NCBI GenBank assembly: GCA_026770705.1
Contig: JANJGN010000001.1
Location: 32,426,001-32,490,000 of the forward strand
DNA: 64,000 nucleotides
Reading direction: 5' to 3'
Source of the DNA: Isurus oxyrinchus
Lineage: Eukaryota
In this document: positions 38,701 to 52,222 of the stretch, piece by piece
How positions within the stretch are numbered: the first letter of the stretch is position 1
Layout: each line of letters starts with the position of its first letter
Translations under genes and position numbers: made by a program
Notes under the pieces: model-generated
The model's input: only the letters and a program-made list of their open reading frames with translations
Told to the model about the DNA's origin: nothing
Databases searched by the model: none

Positions 38701-40737
38701 GAGGCAATGGCATAGTGGTATTGTCACTGGGCTAGTAATCCAGAGATCCAGGGTAATGCTCTGGGGACTAATTCCACCAAGGCAGATGGTGGAATTTGAA
38801 TTTGATGAAATTCTGGAATTAAAAAGTCTAACAATGACCATGAAATCATTGCCGATTGTTGTAAAAGTACACTGGTTCACTAACGTCCTTTAGGGAAGGA
38901 AATTTGTTGTCCTCACCTGCTCTGGTTTATAAGTGACTCCAGACCCACAGCAGTATAGTTGATTCTTAAATGCCCTCTGAAATGGCCTAACAAGTCACTC
39001 AGTTGTATCAAACTGTTAAAAAAGCCTAAAAGGAATGAAACTGGACAGATCACTTGACATCGACATAGGCATCAGAAACAATAATGGCAAACTCAGCCCT
39101 GTCAACCCTGCAAAGTCCTCCTTACTAACATCTCGGGCATGTGCCAAAATTTGAGAGCCATCCCACAGACTAATCAAGCAACAGCCTGACATAGTCATAC
39201 ACACGGAATGGTACCTTACAGATAATGTCCCAGACACTGCCATCACCATCCCTGAGTATGTCCTGTCCCACCAGAGGTGGCATCACAATGATATGCAATT
39301 GGAAAGGAGTTGTCCTGTGAGTCCTCAACATCGACTCCGGCCCCCAAGAAATCTTATGGCATCAGGTGAAACATGGACAAGGAAATCTCCTGCTGATTAC
39401 CACGTACTGCCATTCCCAGCTGCCCCCACCACCCACCGCACCCACCATGCCCCCCCCCACCCCCTTCTCAGCTGATGAATCAGTACTCCTCCAAGTTGAA
39501 CACCATTTGGAGGGAGCACTGAGGGTAGCAAGAATGTACAATGTACTCTGGGCAGGGGAAGTCAATGTCCATCACCAACAGTGGCTCGGTAGCACCATTA
39601 CAGACCAACCTGGCCAAGTCCTAAAAAACGTAGCTGCTAGACTGGGTCTGTGGCAGGTGGTGAGGGAACCAAAGTAGGAAAAACATATTTTGCCTCATCC
39701 TCACCAACCTGCATGCTGCAAATACATCTGAACATGACAGTATCGGTAGGAGTGCCCACTATACAGTCCTTGTGGAGATTAAGTCCCATTTTCACATTGA
39801 GGATTTTCAGTTTGTATTTGTTACAAGATGTGAGCCCTGAGTTCAGAAGTAATAAGTCCACAAAGACCTTTAGAGATTTTAAAAATTAAATTAGAATACT
39901 TATTAACAAAATATAAAAGATTTCAATCACCTATATAAGGCTACAAATTACTTCTACAATAACTCCTAAAATTCCTAATCAACCTGACTCCCAGTTACAC
40001 TCCCATTAAAGCAACAGACCAGAACAGATTTTAGATTTAAATCAGAAACAGTAAGTTAACACAATACTCACTAAACAGTGGAACTCCAAGTGGCTTTTCC
40101 CCATCTTCAGTTTCGTTATGTAGCAGAGTTATGCACAAATGCTGGAGGCTTCATTGAGACTACTTCATTAGTGCTGTTAGATCTTACATGGCCTTCTGAC
40201 ACATAGCCTTTCATTCTCCTTTATATATATTTTTCTCTCCCTAATATGTAAATTCTATTGTTCCATGTCTTTGAAACCATAATTTCCTCATAATATAAAA
40301 ACTTCTACTTGTCAATATTGTCAGTAACCTTTGCGAAAAATAAACACATTCCTTAGCCTTGCTTATCTGGCTAGTTATAAACAGGCTAAGATCCTTTTGA
40401 AATCCAAAACTTTTCATTTATCTAAAAATGCAAATTCCCTTCACACTTTGCATGCTAAGCTAGCATCTATGTTTACTTATTAGCATGTCAAGCACCTAGC
40501 TTCTTTAAATGATTTCAAACTTGCAGTCTACTTGACTCCAAATGTAATTGCATAACACACCGACCTAACTGTACTTACCCCCATAAAATTCACAGTAAAC
40601 CAGAAAAATATTATGAAAATTATTATACTTTCACCACAAGTGGTTCAAGAAGGCAGCTCAACATCACTTTCTCAAGGACTTTTGGGGTGGGCAGTAAATG
40701 CTGGCCAGCAACGCCCACATCCCATGAGTGAATTAAA
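38701..40737 (+). mobile_element. LINE family B copy: tRNA-like head, APE endonuclease (to ~39800), internal deletion, 3' tail (40638-40737)
   Basis: A-box TGGCATAGTGG at 38708-38718; KVLLTNI, QQPDIVIHTEWYL, NVLWAGEVNVHH; tail …CCCACATCCCATGAGTGAATTAAAA. Confidence 0.82.
39804..40637 (-). mobile_element. Truncated solo LTR, same family as 41206-42127
   Basis: Colinear with 41280-42127; ends TATACTTTCACCACA. Confidence 0.8.
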
Positions 40738-41119
40738 AGTGCTGGATATGGACTACAGCACACTTTAAACTGTGCTCCTTAAAGCAATCAGTCTGCCAGT
40801 GCTCCTTGATTATTGCACTGAATTTAAAGGCGTATTTCAGTCTTCATTTTTGGAGTTTGCTCACCCTTTTGTGATCTGGCTTGGTCCCTTGACTCTGCTT
40901 GTGATCGCATCTCATAATGGACCTCCATGTGCTCTGTTGGATTCCTTTTATGCTGCAGAGTGGATCTTTCTTCTGCCCTTCAGCCTCCACACCTGTAGCA
41001 GAGCTCCTTAGGCAATCTCCAGCTGTGCATTCAAGGTTTTCAAGTTAGGCGCACTTCTCTCAGGTCAGACTACAGTTTCTTCACTTCTTAATTCTTAGGT
41101 ACTTTGGGATCCTTCACCA

Positions 41120-42300
41120 TGTTGTAAGGTTATATGTTGTCTCATGAAGAGGTCTAGATGTTCGTCTGGTTGAACAATAACTGTTTATTAATAACATACA
41201 ACTATTGTTATGACGTGGCAGAAAATATGCACCCAGCAGATGAATTCCACATAGGAAACTTGGTCACGCTTTCACAACAGTTTTGCAATTTGTATTTATT
41301 ATGAGATGTGTGCACTGAATTCAGAAGCGATGAATCCACCAAGACCTTTAGAGATGAAAAAAATTAATTAAAATATTTGTTAACAAAATAAAATACTTCA
41401 AGCACAAATATAAGACTACAATTACTTGCTATTATAACAAATCCTAAAATTCCTAATTGACCTGACTCACAATTACATACCACCTTTAAGGCAATAATCC
41501 AAAATTGATTTAAAACAAAACCAGCAAGTTAACCCATACCCACTTGACAGTGGAACTCCAAATGGCTTTTCCACAATTTCAGTTACTTTACATCGCAGAC
41601 TTCTGCACAAATGGCTGGAGGCTTCTTGAAGGCTATTTCATACACTCCTGTTAGATCTTTCATGGCCCTCTCTTCAGCCTTTCATTCTCCTTTTATATAT
41701 GTTTCTCTCTCTTTAATATGTAAATTCTATTGTTCCATATGTCTTTGAAACTGTATCTTCCTTATAATATAAAAGCTTTAATGTTGCCAATATTGTCAGT
41801 AACCTTTGGGAAAAATAAATACATCCCTTAGCCTTGCTTATCTGGCTAGTTGTAAACAGACTAACATCCCTTTGAAATCCAATAATCCCTTCCCATGCCA
41901 AAAAATGCAAATTCCCATCACACCTTACATGCTAAGCCAGCATCCATGTTTACTCATTAGCATTTCAAGCACCTTTCTACATCTAGCTTCTTTTGATTTC
42001 CAGCTTGCAGTCTACCTGACTCCAAATGTAATTATATCACACAGGCAGAACCACCTATACTTAAACCCATAAACCTACTTTACAATAACCAGAAAAATAT
42101 TATGAAAATTGTTATACTTTCGTCACATATGTTCATATAGATAAGATACAGTCCTGACTGGGTATTATCTTCATGCCGACTTCTACCAGACTCCCCACTA
42201 CACTCTACCACTCCCTTGTGACTCTCTACATCATAATGTGGGCAGTACTATTTCTCCAGTTCCACATTAACCCTTACAGTCCCAAGCACCCTAATACTAC
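41120..42300 (-). repeat. Gypsy 5' LTR split by a solo LTR of another family
   Basis: 41120-41205 and 42128-42300 together align with 34230-34479 (about 14 mismatches in the first 86 bp). Confidence 0.88.
41206..42127 (-). mobile_element. Solo LTR (~920 bp) inserted in the Gypsy 5' LTR
   Basis: Termini TGTTATGACG…CGTCACA; TAT on both flanks; partial reverse copy at ~48780-49388. Confidence 0.8.
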
Positions 42301-43959
42301 TCTGTTTCACCTGTCTTCTCAGACAGTACTTTGGAGTTCCAAAAGAAGAACCCCTGTACCTCATCCTGAAGCTCTCAACCTCATCATCCATCAAAAAAGG
42401 TTGGTTAAGTGGGGGTGGAAGTGATTGCTGTATTCCACCATTAGCTTTTGCTTTTTCCTGCCTCAGTTTGGTTACACAGTGTTATACCTTCCTCTTTTCC
42501 CCTTTAGCAGTATTTTGTGGTACTATAATGTTTTTCCTTTACAGTGACCACAGAGGATGAAACTTCCCGTTCCATCACTTGAGTAAGATCCTGAAGTACA
42601 AATCTCACTATGTACCTCAGACACCAGAACCAGAATACCTGTAGGTAATCACTGTTGCTTCAATCTTCTCCACTGCAGTATTGTTTTAAGGGCCACCTCT
42701 TCATGGTCACCATCTATCTCCTGCAATGCCCCTGATTCAGGATTGTACCTTTTCCTTGTCCCTGATTAGGCTTCTTTGTACAAGATTGAGGAGATGCCAG
42801 TGCTCCTGGGCACCCTGGGATGCTGCATTGTTAGGTGTTCCTGATTTATCCAGAAAGCTGAAGCATAATACCAATCTGCCAATCACAGTTCACCACCACC
42901 TTCTTAAGGGCAAATAAGGATAGGCAATAAATGCTGGCCTAGCCAGCAAAGCCCACATCCCGTCAATGAATAATACAAAAAAAATTGATGCTTATTAATC
43001 CTGTTGGTTGCATGGGCCTGATTGTATTTGTACTCTGCCAGTGGCTGTTGCAAGAACAGGGTTGAGGGTATTGGAGGAGCCAAGCTTACATGGTTCCTTC
43101 ACCTTCCTTGTACTGATGATTAGCACAAAATGAAAGTATAGAAGGCATTGCCTGGGTCGCGAGCTCTGACTTGCCTGACTCAGTGCTGATGGTTTTGAAT
43201 TCCTTTGTTTTTTATACTATGTCTAGGACCTAGTTGTCCACATGGAAGTTCTCAATTACCCCCTGACACTTATAGAATGCCAGTAGTCCAGTCATGTTGG
43301 GTAACTTTGTCATTCTGCAGGTCAATGGGAAATCAACTGAAAATGTTGGCTTTGCTAAATAAGTCTCCTATTTGAAACATCTGTGGCTGGCAAATTGGCC
43401 AATATTGTAGATATCATCTGCACTAACCTGGATGGAGCAGGAGCAATAACATTTGAGGCGCTCAGTTACCTTCACAGTCACTAGTAATGCTGTCCATGGG
43501 CTGGATTTCCCTATGGGCTCAGGGAAAACCAATCTGTGCACCTTTGCACCTTTTGAAATGTACACATGACCCATGTGTGACTTTGCCTGGCCGTTTGTCT
43601 TTTCACTCAAGCGTAGAATTCACAGTGCATTTTGTGAGCCAGGAGAAGTGTAGGTGTGGAGGTGGGCCAGCCTGAAGGCTTGCCTCAGTTTTCCAACATA
43701 GCAGTCCAGTTCCCTTTTAATTAGCCTGCCTTGGCACTCAGCTCCTGTGGCTGCCTCCGATTTGCATCCAGGGGGTGGCGGGCCCGAATCTGGCACATAC
43801 ACACTGCCCCTCCATATTACCATATATCTGGGTTATAATATTAGGTGGCATTGTTTGATAACTCAGAGTGAGAGCTGGAAAGAGGAAGGGTTCTCCTTTT
43901 CTCTGAAATGTACTACTAACGTACTGAAGATGAATGTGGTGCCCGAGATAAAGCATTTT

Positions 43960-45286
43960 TTTATTTAGTTAGTCTAATTAGTTAGTTCTGAATTTGGGCA
44001 GGCAAGAGAGTAAACCTAAAATTAGCCTGATAAAATGACGGATTAAGACTGAAAGAGGGGAATTCTTATAATTGTAATTCTATCCGGCTTTTGAAGAAAA
44101 TGCAGTTGTAGGATGGCAGGAGCCTGCTAGGTGTAGAATTATCAATGTAGTTGATAGGTATTGTTTACCCTGAGCCTTATGACTCAAAGAAATAATTTTA
44201 TGGTTCACCATATGTGCTCAAAATGATAACACTGGTCCTGGATGTTAATTTGGGAAAAAAGGACATTGGTCCCTTTTGTTGAAACATGAACGTTAAAACA
44301 TAGCCTATAAAACCCAAAATTTGGAAGAGTGTTGAAATATGGGGTTTTGAAATCAAAATGTAATTTTTGTGAAAATGTAAATTAACAATCATATACACAT
44401 AAGGAAGTCTAATTGGAATTTAAGGTGTAACAGGTCATAAATATTAAAAGGAGCATATCTTTATGTTTTCTGTTAGACTGTGGGTTAGAATTACAATGGC
44501 TGCAGTTTGAAGGATATGTCCCCTGGAACAGGATGAGAGATATATACAACTTTGCAGTCCTGGAACAGAGTGTGCCATGAAAGACAGGATGGTGCTGGAA
44601 AGGAGTCCTGGACCAAGGGGCAACAGCATTTTAATTGGCCTCTGACCAGGTGACCAAGATTTTGTGTGGTAGCAATGCAGCAGAAGGTTCCTGGCTTGCA
44701 AAGAGAAAACATCTAAAATCTTTCTTCCTCATATCTCTAACCTGCTCCTTCTCTCCGAGGAAACCCCTGCAAAAAGGAAAAGGAGAAAATCACTGTTAGA
44801 GACATTGAAAAGCAAGTTCTCAACCAGTAAACTAAATATTGAAAGTGCTGGAAGACCACCTCATGTCACCAACAAGAACTGAAAGGAATTTGGAAAGCAT
44901 TGATCATAATCAACCCATTGAATCCTGTACTCCGGATTGGTGTTATTGAACTGTTTTATCCCATCCTTAAAATCCATATTTTGTGTGTCGTGTGTGTGTG
45001 TTATGTATGTCGGGATTTAAGAAGGGAGTAGAATTTAAGTTATAGTGTTAGAAGTTAATACTTCATATTTCTTTCTTTGGCCACTAGTTAAAGACAATTT
45101 GTTCAATAAGCTATCATTTACTTATTAAGTTTATAAACCTGGTGCTCATATTCTGTTAATCTAAATTAAACACTTAGGTAGAATTGGGACAATCTGGTGG
45201 TTTAGTCAAATTTTTCACATTTGTCACGGCTCGGGGAGCAGCGGGGCTTGATATTACAGCGCACTATTCCCACTGAATCGTGAAAA
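43960..45286 (+). mobile_element. Probable solo LTR-like repeat
   Basis: LTR-like 3' organisation ((TG)n, AATAA, terminal …AATCGTGAAA); boundaries uncertain. Confidence 0.35.
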
Positions 45287-46544
45287 TATATTTTACAAAG
45301 AGGAATCTAGCAAAGAAAATGCTTCATAATGGAGGGAAACAGCAAAACAAACAGGAAGTAATTAATCCAGACCGGGCTATAAAGAAAACAAGAGAAAGAA
45401 TTATGACAGAAGATTCAGAGAGGACTAGCATTTCTAAATATAGCTAAATGTATTAATAAGAATTTCGTGGAGACATTTTCATAATCTAATTCAGCTCTAG
45501 GCTCCTGCCACTGTCAACTTTGAGCTAGCTGCTAAGGGGCGCACTTGAAATTAACTTGCAGCTATTTGTCCTCTAATAGAACAAACTTGGTTAACATTCA
45601 GCGTAAGACCAAAGGTACAGAACAACTGATAAAAGCCATTGCCAGATCATCTTTGGGGTATCTCCCTCTCCATTGGCACAATCTCGGCCAAAACCCTGTC
45701 AACACACAGCTGGTGCTGGATGCCTCACAGCAAAGCAGTCTTGCAATGGGGGCTTCAAACAGATACAGGCCCTTAATTTGCACATACAAAGCAAGTTTCA
45801 TGGGGTGGGCACTGCATGTCAATTGTTTAGACTTTATCATCACTAAGTGGGTGCCATACCTGTGGCTCATAGTGAACATGTGCTTCCTGCCCACCTTAGA
45901 TCCTTACAAACTGGTGCTGTGTGACTGAATTTTTAGACCCAATTTCTAGTCCAATGTCATAGCTTCCCCCAAATGATTTTACTCTTAATACATGCCATGT
46001 CTCAAATTACTCATATAGTTTGAATTGAGAATAATCACTGAGTTTTGGCTGGGTCATGATATTAAGGGCTTCACAAATATAATGATGAATTTTGTACGGT
46101 TTGTGTATTGTCTTTGGTGGAAAACTGTTGATTGGTTAGTAAAACGAGGGAGCCACAAACTAACATTTCTGGCTCTGTGAGCTGTTCCTGCTTCTGACTG
46201 GCATCATGTGGCCTGTGCTAGCAAGCACATCCGTTTGGACATTAGGAATAGGTCCCATGCTGGCCCTCAAGGCTGAATATCCTACTAATCCACAAAAGAA
46301 AAATGGGTGAAAATCTTTAATTGCAGCTAGAATCATGGAGGATATTCTTGAATCCCTGAACTATCCAAATAAAAACACTAGTACTGAACAGAAGTTATGC
46401 TGTTATTGAGGTTATGAAAATGCAACTAATCCATGACAAAATATATAAAGCATCTCTCTTTCACATCCACATAAAGCAATGGTACTGTAACCAATCACAT
46501 TGTATCAATGATTGACAGCAGGGTTCTATCCCCTGGCTGACAAT

Positions 46545-47805
46545 TAGAACATAAGAACATAAAAACTTGGAGCAGGAGTCGGCAATTCAGCCCCTCGAGC
46601 CTGCCCCACCATTCATTACGATCATGACTGATCTCATTTCGATCTCAACTCCAGTTTCCCACCCTCTCCCCATAACTTTTTAACCCATTACTAATTAAAA
46701 ATCTGTCTATATCCTCTTTAAATTTATTCAGCGTTCCGGCATCCACTGCACTCTGAGGTAGTGAATTCCACAGATTCACGATCCTTTGAGAAAAGTAATT
46801 CCACCTCATCTCTGACTTAAATCTACCACCCCTTAGCCTTAAACTATGGCCTCTCATTCTAGAATGCCCCAGAAGGGGAAACATCCGCTCCACATCTATT
46901 TTATCTATCTCCTTTAGCATCTTAAATACCTCAATTAGATCTCCTCTTATCCTTCTAAACTCTAGCGAGTATAGGCCTAAACTGCTCAATGTCTCCTCAT
47001 AAGAAAGTTCCGCATCTCTGGAATCAATTTAGTGAACCTCCTCTGAACCGCCTCCAATGCAACTACATCCTTCCTCAAGTAAGGGGACAAAAACTGTGCA
47101 CAGTACTCCAGGTGCAGTCTTACCAATGCCTCGTACAGTTGCAAAAATACTTCCCTATTTTTATAGTCTATTCCTTTAGCAATAAATGCCAAAATTCCAT
47201 TTGCCTTCCTTATTACCTGCTGTGCCTGCATACTAGCTTTCAGCAATTCCTGCATGAGGACACCTAGATCTCTCTGCACTGAAGCATTCTGAAGTTTCTC
47301 TCTATTTAAATAATAAGTTGCCTTTTTATTCTTCTGACCAAAATGGATAACCTCACACTTATCCACGTTAAACTCCATCTGCCAAATTTTGGCCCATTTA
47401 CCTAACCTGTCCATATCAATTTGTAAATTTCTTATTTCTTCATTGCAACTTACTTTCCCACGTATTTTGGTGTCATCTGCATATTTAGCTACAGTACCTT
47501 CTATCCTGAATCCAAGTCATTAATATAGATTGTAAATAGTTGGGGCCCAAGGACCGAACCCTGTGGCACCTCACTAGTTACAGCTTGCCATCCAGAAAAA
47601 GACCTATTTATCCCGACTCTCTGCTTTCTGTTGGTTAGCCAATCCTCTATCCAAGCTAACATATTACCCCTAATTGCATGTGATCTTATCTTGTGTATTA
47701 ATCTTTTGTGCAGCACCTTATCAAAGGCCTTCTGGAAGTCCAGGTATATTACAGGATCCCCATTACCACTTTGCTTGTCACATCTTCAAAGAACTCTAGT
47801 AATTG
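46545..47805 (-). mobile_element. CR1 LINE RT 3' half
   Basis: [43 protein letters not shown]; tail CTTATGTTCTTATGTTCT on the minus strand. Confidence 0.93.
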
Positions 47806-48255
47806 GGTGATTATCTAGTCCATAAATTACATTTACTCCATTACAGGAATAGGGGCCATATTTCCCACACTCACAAGCATACGCTTGATCCATTTCACTT
47901 AACCACAGGAACGAAAATTAGGAGACATTGCCGTTTATGCCATTTAACTGGGAGAGCAAGAGGACACCTATAGAAATTTTACCACAGAGTTTACTACAGG
48001 AAGTTATTACGAACCTATAATATTTTTCATGATATCATTGTAAACTTATTAATTGTAAATGGTTCTATCTGTGTGACTGATTTAATTGAATTAGAGTCAG
48101 ACCGCAAGGCTGAAATTATCAAAAGTTAGCTTTAAAGCAAATTTTTGAAATGGAGATGGACAAGTGAGGATGAGGGTTCCACAGATGAGGTGTGAATGAA
48201 ATTTGCATTTTTAGGAGAGGGGGAGGGGCATTGTTGGACTTTCAAAGAAGACATA

Positions 48256-48775
48256 GGGTAACATTTTCCCCCCATCGGGAGGGGGAGGAGGGGAGTGTGG
48301 GAGCGGGCATGGGCGGACAGCCCTCCGATCAGCACCCACGATCGGGGGCGCCGCCATTATTCGTGGGCGGGCCAATTAAGGCCCGGCCACTGTGATGTCC
48401 AAAATGTCATGTGTTGGGACATAGACATAACTTTAAATAAAAGTGAATCTTAATTTTTTAATTCAGTCGTGAAACCTCATCCCACCCATGGATGAGATTT
48501 CATGCTTTTTCAGGTGGCTGCCAGCGCTCCCGACCTGCCCGCCAACCTTAAAGTTGGACGGGCAGGTCCATTAATTGGTTTAATTGTTTTTTGAATGGCC
48601 TCAATAGGCTGTTGATAGGTCGGCGGGGACACAGCTGACTCGGCTGCACTCCCTCCGACCTGAAAATGCAAATGAAGCGGGATGATGTCGGGAGTTCTGC
48701 CCGATGTCATTCTGCATCATTTTACATGTCGGCAAGCAGGCCCCACCCCCGCTTGCCGACGGAAAAATTCTTCCC
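48256..48775. mobile_element. PIF/Harbinger-type MITE
   Basis: TIRs GGGTAACATTTT…AAAATTCTTCCC; TSD ATA. Confidence 0.78.
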
Positions 48776-48779
48776 ATAA

Positions 48780-49388
48780 GGTTTTATGACAAAAAGTACT
48801 GGCAATATTGATAATATGAAAGATTTTTATTGTGGGGAGGTAAATTTCCAAAGACCTGTACAACAATGGAATTTTCAGAAATGTATTTAAAGAAGGCTGG
48901 AAGGTTAGGTGGGGGTGGGTGGCCATTTGAGATTGAAAGTACACAATATTAAGCAATCCTTGAAGAAAAGCCACGTCTGCAGACATCTGCTGTGCCCAGT
49001 AACCAAAGCTGGAAAAAGCCATTGGAATTCTGCTGTTGAATGGGTGCTGTAGTAACTTTGCTGGATTGATGTTATAATTTCAAATCTATTTTGGACTGTT
49101 GCCTTAAAGGGGATGTGTAGTTGGGAGCTTACTTAAATTAGAATTTTGGGAACTGTTAAGACTAAGTTACCATGTATCTGTAATCTTGTGTGTTTATTGT
49201 CTTAGTTTTTTTTCTTTTGTTAATAAAAGTTTTAACTTAATTTTAAAATTAGTGGACTCAATTCTTCTGAATTCAGTACATAAGTCTTCTCTTAATAAAT
49301 ACAAATTGCAAAACCGTTGTGATAGCATGGCCAATTTTCCCTTGTGGATTTAGTTTGCCTGGCACTTATCACCTGCCACGTCATGACA
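48780..49388 (+). mobile_element. Partial solo LTR (family of 41206-42127)
   Basis: Ends CTGCCACGTCATGACA, the reverse complement of the 41206 terminus; AATAAA present. Confidence 0.7.
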
Positions 49389-50357
49389 AAGTGTTTAAAA
49401 AAATAAATGTGAATTATCTTCTTTGGACAATATTTTGTGCATTACAGGTTTCCTGGAGCTCTGATCTTTCCATACAGTGTTTGATCCCAACTTGATCCCT
49501 TATTATTTTCCATGCTCACAGAAGGTACTAGACTATGAATCTTGTAACACTTCTGACTGAATCCACTGCCTCTGCTGCGTCCTATTGTCACTGATATTAT
49601 TTTAGCTATAGTATCTTTCACATCCTCTCTTTGTGGCAACCAGTGCCAATATCTAGGTCTTTACTGTCTAGGTGGTCTAAGTTGTCACTTTGCATATCTC
49701 AGGCCTGCTCCAGCCCAGTGTTTCAGCTTCTGACAAGCAGTCTTGCTGCAGCTCTGGTCTGCCTGTCCACCTACCTGCCCCACAAGACTTTCAGCCAGCC
49801 CCTTGCTCCTGTTCTTCAATGCACTTTCAGGTTGCAGCCTTGGCAGCAAGTTCCAATCCTGGCTCAAATTACAACCCCAAACTCCAATAATCTGGCTGAA
49901 GGGAGGAGGTAGTTTTATGGTCCCCCTACAGGTGGGTTTGAGGCAGGGGAGGGGGCATATAAAATAGGAAGAATGGCAAGCCAACTGCCTTCTCACCCAC
50001 TCCTGGGCTGTCCTCCATGAAATGGTGGGTGGATAAGGAATCATCCAACTGCCCGCACTATGGCCTACCAAGGTTTTTCACTAGCCAATTAATGGGCACT
50101 TAAAGGCCTAATTCCACCTTTGCCACCATAATACAGTGGGCAATGGAAGACAGAGGAATGTGCCCAGCCTGCTTTTTCGCCATCTGAGGTTAAAAAGGCA
50201 GGAAGGAAGTGGGGGGGCGGGGGGGGGGGGGGTACTTCCTTTGGGGTGTGCCCTGTGTGCATTGGGGACACCCACCCCACACTCACCAAAATGGTAAATT
50301 CCTTTGTGCCTGCCTACAATACCACCCTTCCAATTATCTTGGGTCTCAGATTTGTGT

Positions 50358-50411
50358 TCTCTCTCTCTCTCTCTCTCGCGCGCTCTCGTCTCACGCTCTC
50401 TCTCTCTCTCC
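50358..50411. repeat. Interrupted (CT)n microsatellite
   Basis: Direct inspection. Confidence 0.9.
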
Positions 50412-52222
50412 CCCTATTCTCCTTTCCCTCAACCCTGACCCCCATTCCTCACCCTTTAACCTTGCTTGAGCTGAATTGTTCCTGTCAGCCTGAAGAATGG
50501 AATACCCTGCGGGCTGTTGCTGTGATGTCTAGCGCAATGTTACAGAATGGAGGAAGACTGATTTCATTGTTATGCAAATTCTTCTGGTTCCATAATTCAA
50601 ACAATGGCAATTTCTAGCATTAAAACAATGTACAGTTCCTGGTGGTTAATAAAATGTAAAGCACTAACATCACCATCAATAGGGAAGACAATATGAAATC
50701 AAGAACATCTGCAGGTACCATTAACAAAGGAATTAATGAAAAAAGGAAATGAGTGGCAGGTTATCAAGAAGGAAGGAAGGGACAGACAGGCTTTATATAA
50801 AAGAGATTAATGAGCGAGAGGTTGGAAAAGCTGAGTGAGAGGCTTTTTGAAACAAATACCAAGGGCTAAAATGGGACAGATGAAGCAAATTAACAGAGTT
50901 TTGAGCAGTGCCACATCAAAAATATTTCAAAATTATATAAGTTAGTAGTTGGGGAATCAGGGAGGTCATCGAGTTGGGTTAAGAGGGTAGTTGGGTGGCC
51001 GGGAGGGTAGATGGGTGGTCAGGGCGGGGTGGGTATGAGTGTTCATAGTTGTATAGTTATATATAGTATTTATAAGCTATAAAAAATTTAGACAAGACAG
51101 TGAATTCAATACTTAATAGTGGACTGCTTAGAAATAGAAACCTCTCCTTTAACTGAATACAGCTATATTGCATTTCATGGTGTTCATCCAGAATCCCAAT
51201 GTATATAAACAATTAATTCCGAACATTCACAAAATATAATTGGTAAAGTTATAAGTATACTTCAGCAAGGCTGACATATGAAATTTGTCCAACTTTCCTA
51301 AAAAGGACATCACATCACTTAAATGAACCATTGAGTAAATGCCCACTCACACCTCTGTACTCATACAGTGGAACTAAGACAATGGCTCAGACCTTCCGAA
51401 CAACAGCAATGCTTGATGGATTGCCATTGCGTCCGTGAATTTTCCCAACTGGATGCTACTGCACATTTCTTGTTGGGTTATACGAGCCTGATTTTGACAG
51501 AAATACCCAGCGCAGAGTCCCTCAGAGAACGCCATCGGGTTGCAGCATGATCAAAGGAAGACAGGACAAACATCCTTTTTATGATACTAGCTTCCACATG
51601 GTCAGTTTAAAGGTCCAGTCTGAATATTAGTGAATGGATGTTAACAAATGGCTGAACTAATGGATGAGTGATTGGGTGAGTGGATGAGGTGGGTAAGTGA
51701 ATAAATGAGTTGGGGGTAGGTGGGTAAGTGAGTAGGATGGCAGAGTTAGTAGGGGGTAGGTGGGTGACTGGGTAGCCAGGTCGTGAGGGTAGCAGGTGGC
51801 CGGGAGGGTGGTCGGGGCTGTTGGCCGGTCAGGGGATAGTTGGGTCAGTTTGGGAGGGTAGTCGAGTGGCCAGAGGGTAGTTGGCATGGGTTGGAAGAGT
51901 AGTTGATCACAGGGTTATAATCAGGTGGTTAGAGGGTAGTCGGGGGTGTCAGGAGGATAGCCAGGTCAGGTCGGGTCATAGGGCTAGTCAGGTTGTTCAA
52001 GGGATAGTTAGGGGGTCAGGGAGTATAGTCATGGGGGAGGTCAGCGGGGGTAATTGGTGTCCAGTTGTCTAGTTACCCAAGGAGTTAGACTTAGTTTTAA
52101 TCCAGCTAACATTTCCTGGGTAGCTATTCAGGTAAGTACATCAGAACAATTCAAAATTGCTGACTCTAACTCAGAGTCAGAGATATTCGCAGAGGGTCCA
52201 GGGGAGCAGGGGAATTGCCCAT

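Larger units (their letters stand above)
34230..42300 (-). mobile_element. Degenerate Gypsy/Ty3 LTR retrotransposon with nested insertions
   Basis: gag zinc knuckle (HCNCLGHFGKMC ~37650), protease FKLDTGASV, RT CHMDDTLV (~36650), RNase H KEALAVMWA…IETDH, integrase (SDNALQF, TSSPRYPQSNG) in PR-RT-RH-IN order; two LTRs; PBS-like TGGTGAAGG next to the 5' LTR; purine tract next to the 3' LTR. Confidence 0.93.

Noticed and set aside
39804-42127. Two direct ~0.9 kb repeats as paired LTRs of one small element
   Set aside because: The DNA between them is LINE tail, Gypsy leader and half of the Gypsy LTR; each copy interrupts a different host.
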